Source: a virus
Taxonomy: Duplodnaviria; Caudoviricetes
Virus record (IMG/VR): IMGVR_UViG_3300044676_000834
Coordinates: 1 to 30,752 of that record
Strand: one strand, 5' to 3'
DNA: 30,752 nt
The notes below the pieces were generated by a model that searched no databases, was not told the DNA's origin, and saw nothing but the letters and a program-made list of their open reading frames with translations. The stretch's first letter is position 1; every line of letters starts with the position of its first letter. Shown here one piece after another: positions 9,001 through 18,371 of the stretch. A program made the translations under genes and the position numbers.

Positions 9001-12000
9001 CTCTAAAGAAAATATGGACGAGCTAAAGACCGTGGCCTTGTCTTTGATGGACTACGCCTACTGGTCTGCGGCTCCTAGCGGTACTAGCAACGTGGCTAGA
9101 GATTACAAAGCAGCTAGAGAGAAAGCCAAAGCCTATGTAGATAAAGCGTTTTTAGACCCTGAGTATTTCTACGAAGGCCAGATAAAACTACTGGATCGTG
9201 AGTTCTATAAGCAAGCAGTCAACGCAGATACCAGATCATCTACGCAACCGTGGTATGAATATGCTACTCGCCGTGGGCTTGTCGAAAGCATCGCGCTGAA
9301 GTCAGATGGAACCACTCGTGTAGAGATAACAGGTAAGCCGCACGAAAAAATCTTTGGTAAGGCCAAGCCTAAAGTAGCAAAAGCTAATGTATCCGAGATT
9401 GTCGATGACGATTTTGATGATACATACGACCAAGCTGCACGCGATATGGATGAGAAAGACGGTAAGTTCTACCGTGTCGAGGATGGTTCTGAGATTACCA
9501 GCCCTCTAAGTATTGTCCGTGTGCAGGCCATTGCGTCTAAGATACTAGGCAAACTAAAGACCAAGCCTAAGATTTATGTGGTTCGTAACCAAAGAGACCT
9601 GCTTGAGAAACACCCAGAAGTGTACGCAAGAGCTAGAGCCTCAAGACCTAACAACGATTTCGATACAGTTAATGCAGCAGGCTTCTCTGTAGCAGATGAG
9701 ATTATTCTGTTTAGCGATAACCTTAAGACTGAGCAGCAAGCCAAGTTTGTTATAGCCCACGAAGCTATGGGCCACTTTGGTTTCCGTGCGTTTATGCCAC
9801 CTGCGCAGCTTAATAAGTTGTTGACTGATGTGTATAACAGCGACTCTTTTGTCCGCCGTGTGGCTGACGCTAAGATGGAACTGTATGGCACAGACAGGCT
9901 GGAAGCCATCGAAGAAGTATTGGCTGACGCCGCAGCAGACATAGACGCAAGCATAGTTAAGCGCGTGTGGTACGCCATCAAAGATGCTCTAAATGCTATG
10001 GGCTTTAACTTTGAAGACGACCTCGCCAGGTACATGCTACGGCAATCACGCAGGAACTTGTTGCAGGGAGGCAGTAGTCTCGTAAGTATGCAAGAGCTTG
10101 CGCGTAATCTCAAGAGCTTACAGACTGACAACACGTTGGGACGTTACTCACTCGCAGAAGATACTGCAGACGCAGTATCTCGCGCTATGTCATCCCACGC
10201 CTACACCAAGCGTAGCGGTAAATACGGCGGTATGCGGGCGGTCAAACAGGTAGTTGCTGACTTCAAAGACATAGAAAATATTAAGGATGTAGGCTCTTGG
10301 TTCGGTAGCCTGCTTGAAAATGTCCAGTCACTAGACAACCTTGCTACTCGCAGCGATGGCTTGATGCAGGTGTTTAACATCTTCCAAGCTAGGTCAAACA
10401 GATCAAGACGGTTCCTGTCTAACTATGAAAGCATGACTGCATTCTCGCACTCTGCGTTTAGTTTCACAGATGAGAACGGTGTCAAGCAGACTGGCCCTAC
10501 ATCAGAAGAACTAGAGTTCGCAGGTGAACTGCTAGCCCATGCTGCGCTGCACAAGCAGGCCACTATTAGTGACGCAGACATCCGTGACCTTGGCGACCTT
10601 GTCGTTATGGACGGCAACAAAGTAGGGGTTGTGCGTGATAACTTCCAAACAGCTGTAGAAGCTGGCGAACTAACACGCGAAGATTTCCAGAATGGAATTA
10701 CTGTAGAGCTTGGCGACCAAGAGCAGGGTGTATTTGAGCAGCGGACTTACCGCCCACTAGACTCTGAAGGCAACCCAAGAACTATCACTGACAGAGTGTG
10801 GCGCATCTACACAGAGCAGCGCAACGCAGTAAACCAAGCTGCGCTAGATGTTCTTACATCTCACATCGAAGGTGGTATTGCACAGCGTGAAGCTACCATT
10901 GAAGGCTTCAAAGAAAACTACAATATGACTGACGAAAACACTGCCGCGATGCGCCGTGTGATGGAAAAGTATATTGAGATTTACCAAGCAAACGCCAGAC
11001 AAGAAGGCGGTAGCTACCAATACGACAACGAATCCGTAGCAAAAGCACGCGGGTTCTTGCGTGAGATCAACCGTGCTTTGTTTGAGAAGAAGAAAGTAGA
11101 CGACTGGAAGCAGGGTAACGCCACTTGGAAAGACACAGAAGGTAAAGAGCAACGCTTTGATACCGCTGAGTACCAAGATATTATTGATGGCTTGGATGCT
11201 CTGTCTGCTAGAAACTACAACAAAGATAAAGCCAACCAAATAACATCTGCTGTTGGTAACTTGTACCTGTTAGAAGTTCAGTCAGCTAACGCGCAGTTCA
11301 ACGCAAAACGTACGATTATGACATCGTATGTACCGTTTACACGCCGTGGCAATCATCAAATTCGACTGGCTGCGTATGATGAGAACGGACAACCAGTTGA
11401 TCTTAGCCCTGTTTGGCGGACTGTCTTGCCATATTACCAAGCTGGTAATGCTAAAGACGCTCGTGAGATTGCGGCTAACTTGAATGAAGAATTTGGCGGC
11501 AAAGACTTTGAGATCGAAGATGCAAACGGGAAGACACGGACTATAACCTTCCGAGCAATTTCCGAGAAGACCCGTCAGGGTTCTGTCTTAGGTCAGCAGT
11601 TTAGTCTCAACGACTTCATCAACACTCTTGCTCGTCTTGATGTCAACATAAACCCACAAGAACGTGAACGTATTGTGGAAGCATTGACGAAGCAGACTGA
11701 CCGTGCTCGTAGAAGCCTACAAAGAGCAGGTGTTAAAGGTTGGGATAAGGATGTAGTAAGAAGCACCTCTGAATACCTTGAGACTCAAGGCCACATTGCA
11801 GGTCAGACATTCTATCGCCACCGTCTGAACAACATCATGCTGAGAGACAGCCTCTGGCGTGGTGATTACTCTAAGGTTCAAAGACTGTTTGCTGAGACAC
11901 AGCGCACTGATCTATCCCCTGAACAGCTGCGTGCAGCACAGACTGCCTACGACAAATATGCTGTCATGTATTCGAACATGGCAGGTATCGGGGCGCCTGA

Positions 12001-13810
12001 AGCTATCAACAGAGTAGATGCAGATAAGAAGCGTGCGGCAGGTGACTCAACTGCACCTAAGACTATAGCTAATAAAGGTAAGGGTGAGACTTATAGAGCC
12101 ACTGCGCTAGGACTTCAGCAATGGTACGCTGATGCGGCAAACATCAATGATTCAACTGAGGACTTGTTGTCAGGTGAAACAGGCTCTCGCCTCAAGATGT
12201 GGACTGTTGTTGCCCAACTTGGTGGTTCTGTAGCCACCGCAGGTATCAACATGGTGTCAATGATGACACACAGTATTCCTTTCTTGGCTACATACAACGA
12301 GGCTAGAGGTTTCGGGGGCGGCTTTGGTCTGGCTAAAGCGTCTTTTGAAATGCAGCGAGCAGCTCGTAACATGGGTAGTCCAAAGCTAGCTGATGCGGCT
12401 TATCTACAGAAAGTAATCAACGATCCGAGACTACAGAAGAAACATAAGATAACCCAAGAAGAAGCCTTGTTCCTTGCTGACGCTACATCTGAAGGCGTAT
12501 TGCAGTCTGCACAGGCTAACGCTCTGATTGGTACGGCTCGTGGCGGTATTAACAGCAACAAACTTCAAGGTGGAATTAAAGGTTGGATGTATATGTTCTC
12601 ATATACTGAACAGCTAAACCGTAGATCGACAGCACTGGCGGCATACAGGATGCACATCCAGCGAGCAATCGCAGGAACACCAAACTTCAACAGCTTGCCA
12701 CAAGAACAACAGCAAGAGATGATGGAGCAGTTCCGCGCTGAAGCCACTGAGTTTGCTCGTAACGCTGTGAATACTTCGCAGGGTGAATATGGTATGTTCA
12801 ACCGACCAGAGATGGCTCGTGGTAACGTAGGCCAGTACCTGTTTATCTATAAGCAGTTCTCTATCATCACGATTCAGATGCTTCGGAACCTTAGTCCTGA
12901 GGGTAGGCTCTACTTTATCGGTATGCTTATGCTTATGTCTGGACTGAAAGGTATGCCTTTCGCAGACGACCTAATGGATTTGATTGACACTCTCCTGCAA
13001 ATCTTCAACATCAAAGAAGCAAGCGTAGAGAAAGTTATGTATGAGTTGTTTGAAGACCTAGCCCCTGGCTCTGCTAAGTACATCATGCGTGGCGGACTAG
13101 ACCAGTGGACTTCGGGTACTTTCTCAACCCGACTTGGCTTTGGCGATATGATTCCGCTTACTGGTGCAGGTAGAGCAGGTGCTGACACAGGCCGTGAGAT
13201 TACCAACTTCTTTGGCCCAGTCTACTCAGGCATTGAAGGTGCGTTTGCAACGGTAGGAAACGCAACCAAGTATCTGGCCGGAGCCGTAGGGATCAAAGAC
13301 CAGACAATGAGTTTCTCTGACGTATTCCGTGACGCACCCGTAGCGGCATTGCGTGGTTTGACCGATGCTTACACTTACTATGACACTGGCGTAGTCACAA
13401 ACTCTCAAGGTAAAGTGATTGACCCGAGTGCTACTTGGGGTCAGACGCTTATGAGAGCCGCAGGTTTCTACCCATCAGTAGCGACTAGATCAAACGATGT
13501 GGTCAGACTAAGCAAGTATACAAGTGAGTATGTCAAAGCCCTCAGAGCAGACTACACTAGCGCATACTCTAAGGCTTATATCGAAAACGACCTAGACCGT
13601 ATGATTGAGATTGAGCTTATGGTGGATGATTGGAACACCATCCACTCAGGTACAGAGTTTGAATTTACAGACTTCAAGAACAGAGCCAAGCGGTCTGCTG
13701 AGTCTGCCGCGCTACCTACGGCACAGCGTTACTTAAAGACTGCGCCTAAGAACGTCCGCCCAGATACCCAACGCTTGATGGAGATCATGGGCATTGATGA
13801 CGTTCAGTAG
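6056..13810 (+). CDS. Giant polyvalent internal virion / ejection protein with a zincin-like metallopeptidase motif and a PLxRFG-like C-terminal region, 2584 aa
   Basis: GAGGT RBS; Gly-rich hydrophobic N-terminal region; low-complexity P/Q/E linker; AHEAMGHFG…IEEVLAD (HEAMGH at 9758-9775); YVPFTRRG at 11327-11350; hydrophobic helices near the C-terminus. Confidence 0.8.
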   Translation: MAKAGLSFGSPTLGAMDLEPLGNPYDPAPDIGIGNLIGTKEALGVQADAELGAAMSQFDLPKVTKPSAAQMGPNVLYSETQGKMFVNGSLFDLDDADNALRSIEYLDKPRQGNPEGDGWRPLTPDEYGRYIKAIKDPSYGRRFAENWETGVASLKSLFGAGAVLVGAEEYGLGVMERAGETMRKNAPFSGEFTEIGLGDEDLGPVEWFVGVLGSQGPMLLETIAAGAIGFVAGSATAGPGLGSVGGTIAGLTGKTAFKKAVKEAAEAYVKEKAKGKAAAKAFMKTEQGKTLKRASGIAGATAFAYTNNFGIGASDVYSELLEQGIDPSDFDAKMSALATAVPYALLDTIPEFVAGAKIFGGITRGSKGGRLRRGTTGAVAGGVIEGTTEAGQEGLIMGTSNLVTGKDYSDEALHRLINSFAAGFAIGAPIGGITNLKGNKEADLLQGSTTEQESGPTTMAPDQETGQGELFTEEETLSTDPFVGPRPIAPEDTTPAAVAERDALLNEKNKLQRFISEANIQLSDMASGRATLDEGRVTQLRSQIQQAQQAVATIDESLGQFQGLPGQAQQFAEQMGTQPTLFEPAPALNVETATETPSGQMLLQPERRVTRTNFVGPQPQLAPDPTPVVEPTPEPAPTQAELEAAGQQTLPLQTDLPSQIQQTAAQQPAEAQPNLLQQRMQEAARQAQLRAEEDRLRAEALRVENERIERNNRELENSLAIQQAQNEIAAYEAEQSGMTPVATPPAPVADLPTAPVPVVPPRQLDLFRGQVKLPKISKAEQKAINKANRLRRKQEQEAVAAAEEAARPMTPAEARAAGQGILLTQRGEPSVAALKAAGTREETVTPELVQATPAEETVVAQQQQINALQRRVEELAAAQEEQNAVQERSTAQVDVREQPADGEAVRGRNTEERKAAAIAKSQERIREEADRTAASRAEKAEETIREDSGQQGVQEDSVQERYFVDQSESEEFIVEELIYDFDSKENMDELKTVALSLMDYAYWSAAPSGTSNVARDYKAAREKAKAYVDKAFLDPEYFYEGQIKLLDREFYKQAVNADTRSSTQPWYEYATRRGLVESIALKSDGTTRVEITGKPHEKIFGKAKPKVAKANVSEIVDDDFDDTYDQAARDMDEKDGKFYRVEDGSEITSPLSIVRVQAIASKILGKLKTKPKIYVVRNQRDLLEKHPEVYARARASRPNNDFDTVNAAGFSVADEIILFSDNLKTEQQAKFVIAHEAMGHFGFRAFMPPAQLNKLLTDVYNSDSFVRRVADAKMELYGTDRLEAIEEVLADAAADIDASIVKRVWYAIKDALNAMGFNFEDDLARYMLRQSRRNLLQGGSSLVSMQELARNLKSLQTDNTLGRYSLAEDTADAVSRAMSSHAYTKRSGKYGGMRAVKQVVADFKDIENIKDVGSWFGSLLENVQSLDNLATRSDGLMQVFNIFQARSNRSRRFLSNYESMTAFSHSAFSFTDENGVKQTGPTSEELEFAGELLAHAALHKQATISDADIRDLGDLVVMDGNKVGVVRDNFQTAVEAGELTREDFQNGITVELGDQEQGVFEQRTYRPLDSEGNPRTITDRVWRIYTEQRNAVNQAALDVLTSHIEGGIAQREATIEGFKENYNMTDENTAAMRRVMEKYIEIYQANARQEGGSYQYDNESVAKARGFLREINRALFEKKKVDDWKQGNATWKDTEGKEQRFDTAEYQDIIDGLDALSARNYNKDKANQITSAVGNLYLLEVQSANAQFNAKRTIMTSYVPFTRRGNHQIRLAAYDENGQPVDLSPVWRTVLPYYQAGNAKDAREIAANLNEEFGGKDFEIEDANGKTRTITFRAISEKTRQGSVLGQQFSLNDFINTLARLDVNINPQERERIVEALTKQTDRARRSLQRAGVKGWDKDVVRSTSEYLETQGHIAGQTFYRHRLNNIMLRDSLWRGDYSKVQRLFAETQRTDLSPEQLRAAQTAYDKYAVMYSNMAGIGAPEAINRVDADKKRAAGDSTAPKTIANKGKGETYRATALGLQQWYADAANINDSTEDLLSGETGSRLKMWTVVAQLGGSVATAGINMVSMMTHSIPFLATYNEARGFGGGFGLAKASFEMQRAARNMGSPKLADAAYLQKVINDPRLQKKHKITQEEALFLADATSEGVLQSAQANALIGTARGGINSNKLQGGIKGWMYMFSYTEQLNRRSTALAAYRMHIQRAIAGTPNFNSLPQEQQQEMMEQFRAEATEFARNAVNTSQGEYGMFNRPEMARGNVGQYLFIYKQFSIITIQMLRNLSPEGRLYFIGMLMLMSGLKGMPFADDLMDLIDTLLQIFNIKEASVEKVMYELFEDLAPGSAKYIMRGGLDQWTSGTFSTRLGFGDMIPLTGAGRAGADTGREITNFFGPVYSGIEGAFATVGNATKYLAGAVGIKDQTMSFSDVFRDAPVAALRGLTDAYTYYDTGVVTNSQGKVIDPSATWGQTLMRAAGFYPSVATRSNDVVRLSKYTSEYVKALRADYTSAYSKAYIENDLDRMIEIELMVDDWNTIHSGTEFEFTDFKNRAKRSAESAALPTAQRYLKTAPKNVRPDTQRLMEIMGIDDVQ
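8703..8948 (+). CDS. Overprinted small basic protein (MPFKSEAQRKWMYAN…), 81 aa, in the +1 frame inside the giant gene
   Basis: AGGAGG at 8691-8696, 6 nt before the ATG. The N-terminus resembles small phage proteins of the MPFKSxxQRxxMxA type as I recall them. Composition 13 K + 7 R versus 5 D/E. Confidence 0.7.
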   Translation: MPFKSEAQRKWMYANNPQMAKQFEAETPKNAKLPQSLSPKSVSEKRRIARQQAALRKQKRPFGKIAVNKVYRKIAYKSDIS

Positions 13811-16669
13811 CTACTCTTTGACCACCTGCAACTGACCATAGGCTAAGTCATCAGCCGTTACATCAGCGTTTTCTAATAGACTGTGGAAGCGTGGATGCGT
13901 CAGGTTAAAGCCAATCACATACGACTGCGCTAGTTTAACTGGCGTGTCTTTACCTAGTGATGCTTTCTCTGACTTCGGTGTAGCAATCACCTGCTCCACA
14001 GTAAGTTCCTCTTTGAATGACTTGTAGTCAGCTCCGCGTACAGACAACCACTTGCGGAAGTGAGTGCGGTCTATCATCATCGTGCCTTTGTCGAATGGGT
14101 CAGCGGCAGACTTACGGAATACATCAAGGCGAACCCTGATGTCACCTCGTGGCATACGGCTGTAATCTGGTTGTGGCTTCTGCCCTGCTGTGTGCATGAT
14201 AGTAACCTGTGCATCTGCACTGTCAGCCATGTACTCAGCGATGAGATCAAACGCATCAACTTGGTTTTCTTGGACAGTCCTGCGGATAGCACCAATCTGT
14301 GACAGTACCCACTCGGTTGCGTCTTGGTACTTAAACTGGATGAGGTTCCAATCGTCAGCTAGCTTCATAGCTAGGTCAGCAAGAATGATTGACTGCTCCC
14401 AATAGCGTTCTTCACCGCTAAACTTTGCCTTATACTTTCTGTGGAAACTCTCTGAGGCTTCTGCAATAGCGGCAGTAATACCTTCTTCGCCCATCTCTAG
14501 TAGGTTCTTAATAAAGATACGCCCTGCGTGACCGTAGTTAGCGTGGATAGCATCATAAATCTTCTTACCTGCGGTGCTGTCTCTAATGAATATAGGGCTT
14601 TGCGGCACAGTAATCTCTAGCAAACGAGCCATCTGTGCGTCTGTGTCTAGGCCAGAGGCTATCAGCTTACTTTGTAGGGACTTGTTGGTAGATACTATGA
14701 CAGGTGTAGCCCATGTCTTAGCGTCTCGTTCTTCAGCGTTGCGGTTCAGTCGAGCCTTATCCCGCCCTTGTGATACCCAATAACAGAAGTCACCGACCTC
14801 TTTGTCGTTCATCATCGTGACTTCATCAATGGTCAGCGGAAGGTTAGCGTATGTGCCAAGTCGTGCGAACAAGCTGTTCTGTGTGTATTTAGCGGCAAAG
14901 TGTAGCTTGTCTGGGTTGCCCCATATGGACTGACCCCAATACTGAGCGAGTGTTTTACCCCCACCAGTGGCTCCGTAGAGTGAGATAGTCAGACCCTTGA
15001 GTCCAGTAAAGTTATACAATGGCGCAGAAAACGCCACCCCTAGCGCAAACATATGCGTCTTGAGGTCTGCCTTTTCCATGATCCCTGTTAGTGCCGACCA
15101 AGTTTCGAGCGTACCCTTTGTCTGGTACAACTCCCCCCCTTGTCTCTGTATACCTGATGATAGGTTTACTTGCTCCTCTGACACTGCCCCATTAGCGTCA
15201 CGCCTAATAAGTGTGTCGCCTAAAACAAATGCCGTGTTCTTTTCTTTCCATCCCATCGTTGAGTAGAGGTTAGTCATGGTACGGATTTGTCTTAGCTCCT
15301 CCATATATGTTCGCATCATAAGTTGAAAATACTCCGTCTGCCGCTTGTTATAAAGGACAATACCTTGGTCTGCGATTGCCGTTGCAAACTCTCGGCTACC
15401 CTCTGCAAGATACGCTTGGCGTAGCGTAATCTCTTGCCACCCCATGTGTGGTCTGTTCCAGTGGAAGCGGACAGTCTCATATCCTAATGACTCATCATAG
15501 CCATAGCCCACTGGGTATATATCGAACTTGCATACATCTATATCCGTATCGTCTATCGTTACTTTAATGCCATCTGCTGTGCGCTTGAATGGCTTTGGCA
15601 TAGGTATGGAGTTAGCTACTTTATCTAACGCCTCCTGTGGAAGAGCCACCTCTTGATACTGCACCCCAAGTCTGGCAGGTGAACCAATTTTGCCTTTGAA
15701 CTTACAGCCTCTGCATCCATTCGGCCTGTCTGCTTCAAACTTCGCACATGTCGTCGGGCCAGTAGTGGACTCTCTCCAGTGAACAAGTTTCTGTATGGTA
15801 GCTTTTTCATCGTACGACGGATGTTGACTACTCCATTCTTTAGCTGTGGTCTCAGGGTCAACGCAGTGTGCCGCTACACCTATGAGGTCATACCATAGTG
15901 GTTCGTCTACATCGGCTTGGTTGTTTATCGCCCACTCAATCTGCTTACACTTAGCCGCTACTACAGAGCCAACGGCAGGTGGGAACTCTTGCTTTACCGC
16001 TAGACTGTCGAGCAACGTGTTGTCACGAGTGCGATCTATACTGGCTGCTGGCGCCGCCTTGAAGTAATAACTTAGGCAATCCTTCAGAGTAGAAACATCT
16101 ACAGGGTCAGCTTGCACAATAACTTGTACCTCTGCACCGCCCTTACGATTGTGCGTTCCAACTGGACGCAATACTCTTGCGCTATCAGCAGGGACAGCAG
16201 GGTCAACCTCAAAGCCTTTAGCCACACATGCTTGCTTCATAGCTTCAGCTAGTGGCTTCCAGTCTTCGGGTTCTAATTCTTCGTTGAATACCCAATACAC
16301 ATGCAAGCCATTGCCCGACTTAACAATCATTGGCTTGGGTAGACTTAGTTCTGCAATGAATTTACCGAGCGCAGTCAGTCCATCCTTCCATGTAGGAAAT
16401 GGTTTGTCTGCTCCGCAATCCACATCTAAAGCTACTAACTTAGTAGCCCTTACATTATCCTGCTTCCTGTTTCCTTTATTAGCAAACGCTGAAACAGCGA
16501 AATAAACATTCTTGTCTGTCTGTACTTGGTCTAGTTTAAGACAGGCTGTAGCGAGTTCCTCTACCGTATCGAAAAAGCCTTGTTGTACTTTGCCTTCTGG
16601 GCTTATTAGTGTTGTTACATAGTACCCTTCGGACGGTAGAACTCGCTGAAGAAACTCCAACGTGTTCAT
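13811..16669 (-). CDS. Primase-helicase: N-terminal RepB/AEP-like primase, Cys-rich middle domain, DUF927 helicase
   Basis: Primase motifs VALDVD, VKSGNGLHVYW and DSARVLRPVGTHN; Walker A YGATGGGKT; Walker B PLTIDE; IVSTN. Start moved to MNTLEF, which has an AAGGTGG RBS. Confidence 0.85.
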   Translation of the reverse strand: MNTLEFLQRVLPSEGYYVTTLISPEGKVQQGFFDTVEELATACLKLDQVQTDKNVYFAVSAFANKGNRKQDNVRATKLVALDVDCGADKPFPTWKDGLTALGKFIAELSLPKPMIVKSGNGLHVYWVFNEELEPEDWKPLAEAMKQACVAKGFEVDPAVPADSARVLRPVGTHNRKGGAEVQVIVQADPVDVSTLKDCLSYYFKAAPAASIDRTRDNTLLDSLAVKQEFPPAVGSVVAAKCKQIEWAINNQADVDEPLWYDLIGVAAHCVDPETTAKEWSSQHPSYDEKATIQKLVHWRESTTGPTTCAKFEADRPNGCRGCKFKGKIGSPARLGVQYQEVALPQEALDKVANSIPMPKPFKRTADGIKVTIDDTDIDVCKFDIYPVGYGYDESLGYETVRFHWNRPHMGWQEITLRQAYLAEGSREFATAIADQGIVLYNKRQTEYFQLMMRTYMEELRQIRTMTNLYSTMGWKEKNTAFVLGDTLIRRDANGAVSEEQVNLSSGIQRQGGELYQTKGTLETWSALTGIMEKADLKTHMFALGVAFSAPLYNFTGLKGLTISLYGATGGGKTLAQYWGQSIWGNPDKLHFAAKYTQNSLFARLGTYANLPLTIDEVTMMNDKEVGDFCYWVSQGRDKARLNRNAEERDAKTWATPVIVSTNKSLQSKLIASGLDTDAQMARLLEITVPQSPIFIRDSTAGKKIYDAIHANYGHAGRIFIKNLLEMGEEGITAAIAEASESFHRKYKAKFSGEERYWEQSIILADLAMKLADDWNLIQFKYQDATEWVLSQIGAIRRTVQENQVDAFDLIAEYMADSADAQVTIMHTAGQKPQPDYSRMPRGDIRVRLDVFRKSAADPFDKGTMMIDRTHFRKWLSVRGADYKSFKEELTVEQVIATPKSEKASLGKDTPVKLAQSYVIGFNLTHPRFHSLLENADVTADDLAYGQLQVVKE

Positions 16670-16690
16670 ATGTGCCACCTTCATAGTTGC

Positions 16691-16712
16691 GGAAGGGGCT
16701 TGCGCCCCTCCC
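16691..16712 (-). promoter_or_regulatory. Intergenic GC-rich stem-loop with a GCAA tetraloop and no U-tract
   Basis: Minus strand reads GGGAGGGGC-GCAA-GCCCCTTCC (9-bp stem with one G-U pair). Confidence 0.6.
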
Positions 16713-16719
16713 CTTTACC

Positions 16720-17004
16720 TTATTCTTCTTTGCCCAAAATCTCAAGAAGCCTTTGAAAACGATACTTCTGCTCAAGGGCTATGACCTCTGGTTGAGGCCA
16801 CCCCTCAGACATTAGGCTAAGAAGTTTCCGTAGTATCTCACGAACTTTGTCATCGTTCTTCTGACGGATGGGCTTACCCTTTACCCATCCGTAGTAAGTC
16901 ATTCGTGATACTTCAAACAACTCAGCCATATTGCCTGTCGTCAGTAGCATGTGTTTCCGCAGGGCTTCCACTTTCGTGAAGTCTAGCGGTGGCACATTAG
17001 TCAT
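16720..17004 (-). CDS. Cro/XRE-like helix-turn-helix protein, 94 aa
   Basis: LRKHMLLTTGNMAELFEVSRMTYYGWVKG matches the HTH pattern. Confidence 0.75.
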   Translation of the reverse strand: MTNVPPLDFTKVEALRKHMLLTTGNMAELFEVSRMTYYGWVKGKPIRQKNDDKVREILRKLLSLMSEGWPQPEVIALEQKYRFQRLLEILGKEE

Positions 17005-17953
17005 CAGCTACATCCCCCACCAATGCGGCAATCTCAGCCGCTAGGTCATCGGCTTGACCATTAGCCACAGGTGCGGCTTTAGGTTCTTCGACTACCTTTG
17101 GTTTCTCAGGGGCAGGATCAGCGGCTTTCTTAGCACCGAACCCTTTTACTGGAGCAGGTTCCTCTGCCTTAGGCTCTGGTGCAGGAGCAGGAGCAACAGG
17201 CTCAGCTTGCTTTTCGATTGCCGGTACTTCCGCAGGTTTGCTTGTGAGAGCAACTTCTCCTGTGATGACCTTCACCTCGTCAGTCCCGAACAACTTATCA
17301 ACAGCGTTCTGTGTGTCCTCATCATTGAAGCCACCGAAAGAGAACTGTAGTTTCGGGAACGATGCGTTGGTATCAAACGAGACTTTAGTACGCACAATCT
17401 CAGGGGCGATGCCTCTTACTGACAACTCCTTCTGGTATGCGTTGAGACCTTTCAGTGCGGCAGGTGTAACTTGTAGTAGATACACTGCGCCTTCGGGGTC
17501 ATCAGCCGCCACGATAGCAAGACGCTTCTGGTCAGCACAGGCTTTAATCTGTTGCCCTTGCGGTGTCACTTTAGAACCCCATGCGTTTTGCGGACAGCTA
17601 GCACAGAGGTCATTCTGTGGGTCAGTGCTGTCTACATGTGGACTAACACCATCAAGCGAGAAACAGTCTGGTGCAGACGGTTCAGCATCGGGTGTCCATG
17701 CTTTCGCATACCATGTCTTTGATAGCCGTGGGTTAGCCCCAACGATGACAGCTTCCAACACATTGCTGTCAAGCACAGTCTCATTGCCATCTTCGACAAT
17801 GCGGAAACGTGCGCCTTTAATAGATATGCGTGGGTAGCTATCAGCATTGCTTGACATGCCGCCCATCAATGACTGCGCTAGCGCAGACGGTTTACCAACT
17901 TTACTAGCCAAGTGTGCAGGTACTTGGATATTGGTAGGGATTAAATCACTCAT
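16997..17953 (-). CDS. Putative ssDNA-binding / replication accessory protein with a Cys cluster and an acidic tail
   Basis: YPRISIKG N-terminal motif; PDCFSLDG…CASCPQNAWGS…KAC; P/A/E/K linker and acidic C-terminus (DVADD); lies in the replication module. AGGAG spacing favours the second ATG. Confidence 0.6.
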   Translation of the reverse strand: MSDLIPTNIQVPAHLASKVGKPSALAQSLMGGMSSNADSYPRISIKGARFRIVEDGNETVLDSNVLEAVIVGANPRLSKTWYAKAWTPDAEPSAPDCFSLDGVSPHVDSTDPQNDLCASCPQNAWGSKVTPQGQQIKACADQKRLAIVAADDPEGAVYLLQVTPAALKGLNAYQKELSVRGIAPEIVRTKVSFDTNASFPKLQFSFGGFNDEDTQNAVDKLFGTDEVKVITGEVALTSKPAEVPAIEKQAEPVAPAPAPEPKAEEPAPVKGFGAKKAADPAPEKPKVVEEPKAAPVANGQADDLAAEIAALVGDVADD

Positions 17954-17962
17954 AGTCATCTC

Positions 17963-18367
17963 CTAATCTTCGACTTTAGTTACAGGTTTACGGACGTTTA
18001 CATCAATGCGTGTTCCGTAATTCACGCCTGACGGTACTGCTTTCTTTTGTTCGATATAGCCCCGAACAGCAGTCTTACTGACTCGTTTTTCTAGCATGTC
18101 GTATGCTTCGTTCTCCTTGATAAAGTTTAGAACAGCATCCCAATCCGCTACATTTGCGTAGTCAGTGGTTGTAAGAAACGCAGTGCCATTGGCTGTCTTA
18201 AAAGACGTTACGCCATCAGCATCAGCTTTCTCTTTAATCCACGCTTCAAGTTTCGCCATCTTATCCTTGAGGTCTTTGACCTGATCTTTGATCTCAGCTT
18301 CAAGAGCCTCCTTCTTATTGCGATACTTGAGGTACGCTTCAATTACTTGGTCTACAGTTAGACTCAT
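17963..18367 (-). CDS. Conserved-type phage coiled-coil protein of the replication module, 134 aa
   Basis: GAGGTG RBS; N-terminal coiled coil followed by GVTSFKTANGT…VADWDAV…PSGV. Confidence 0.7.
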   Translation of the reverse strand: MSLTVDQVIEAYLKYRNKKEALEAEIKDQVKDLKDKMAKLEAWIKEKADADGVTSFKTANGTAFLTTTDYANVADWDAVLNFIKENEAYDMLEKRVSKTAVRGYIEQKKAVPSGVNYGTRIDVNVRKPVTKVED

Positions 18368-18371
18368 TTCG

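Noticed and set aside
9574-10134. 186-aa antisense ORF within the giant gene
   Set aside because: No RBS or motif; it mirrors the codons of the sense gene.
17238-17837. 199-aa + strand ORF opposite the SSB-like gene
   Set aside because: Antisense shadow with no RBS or recognisable motif.
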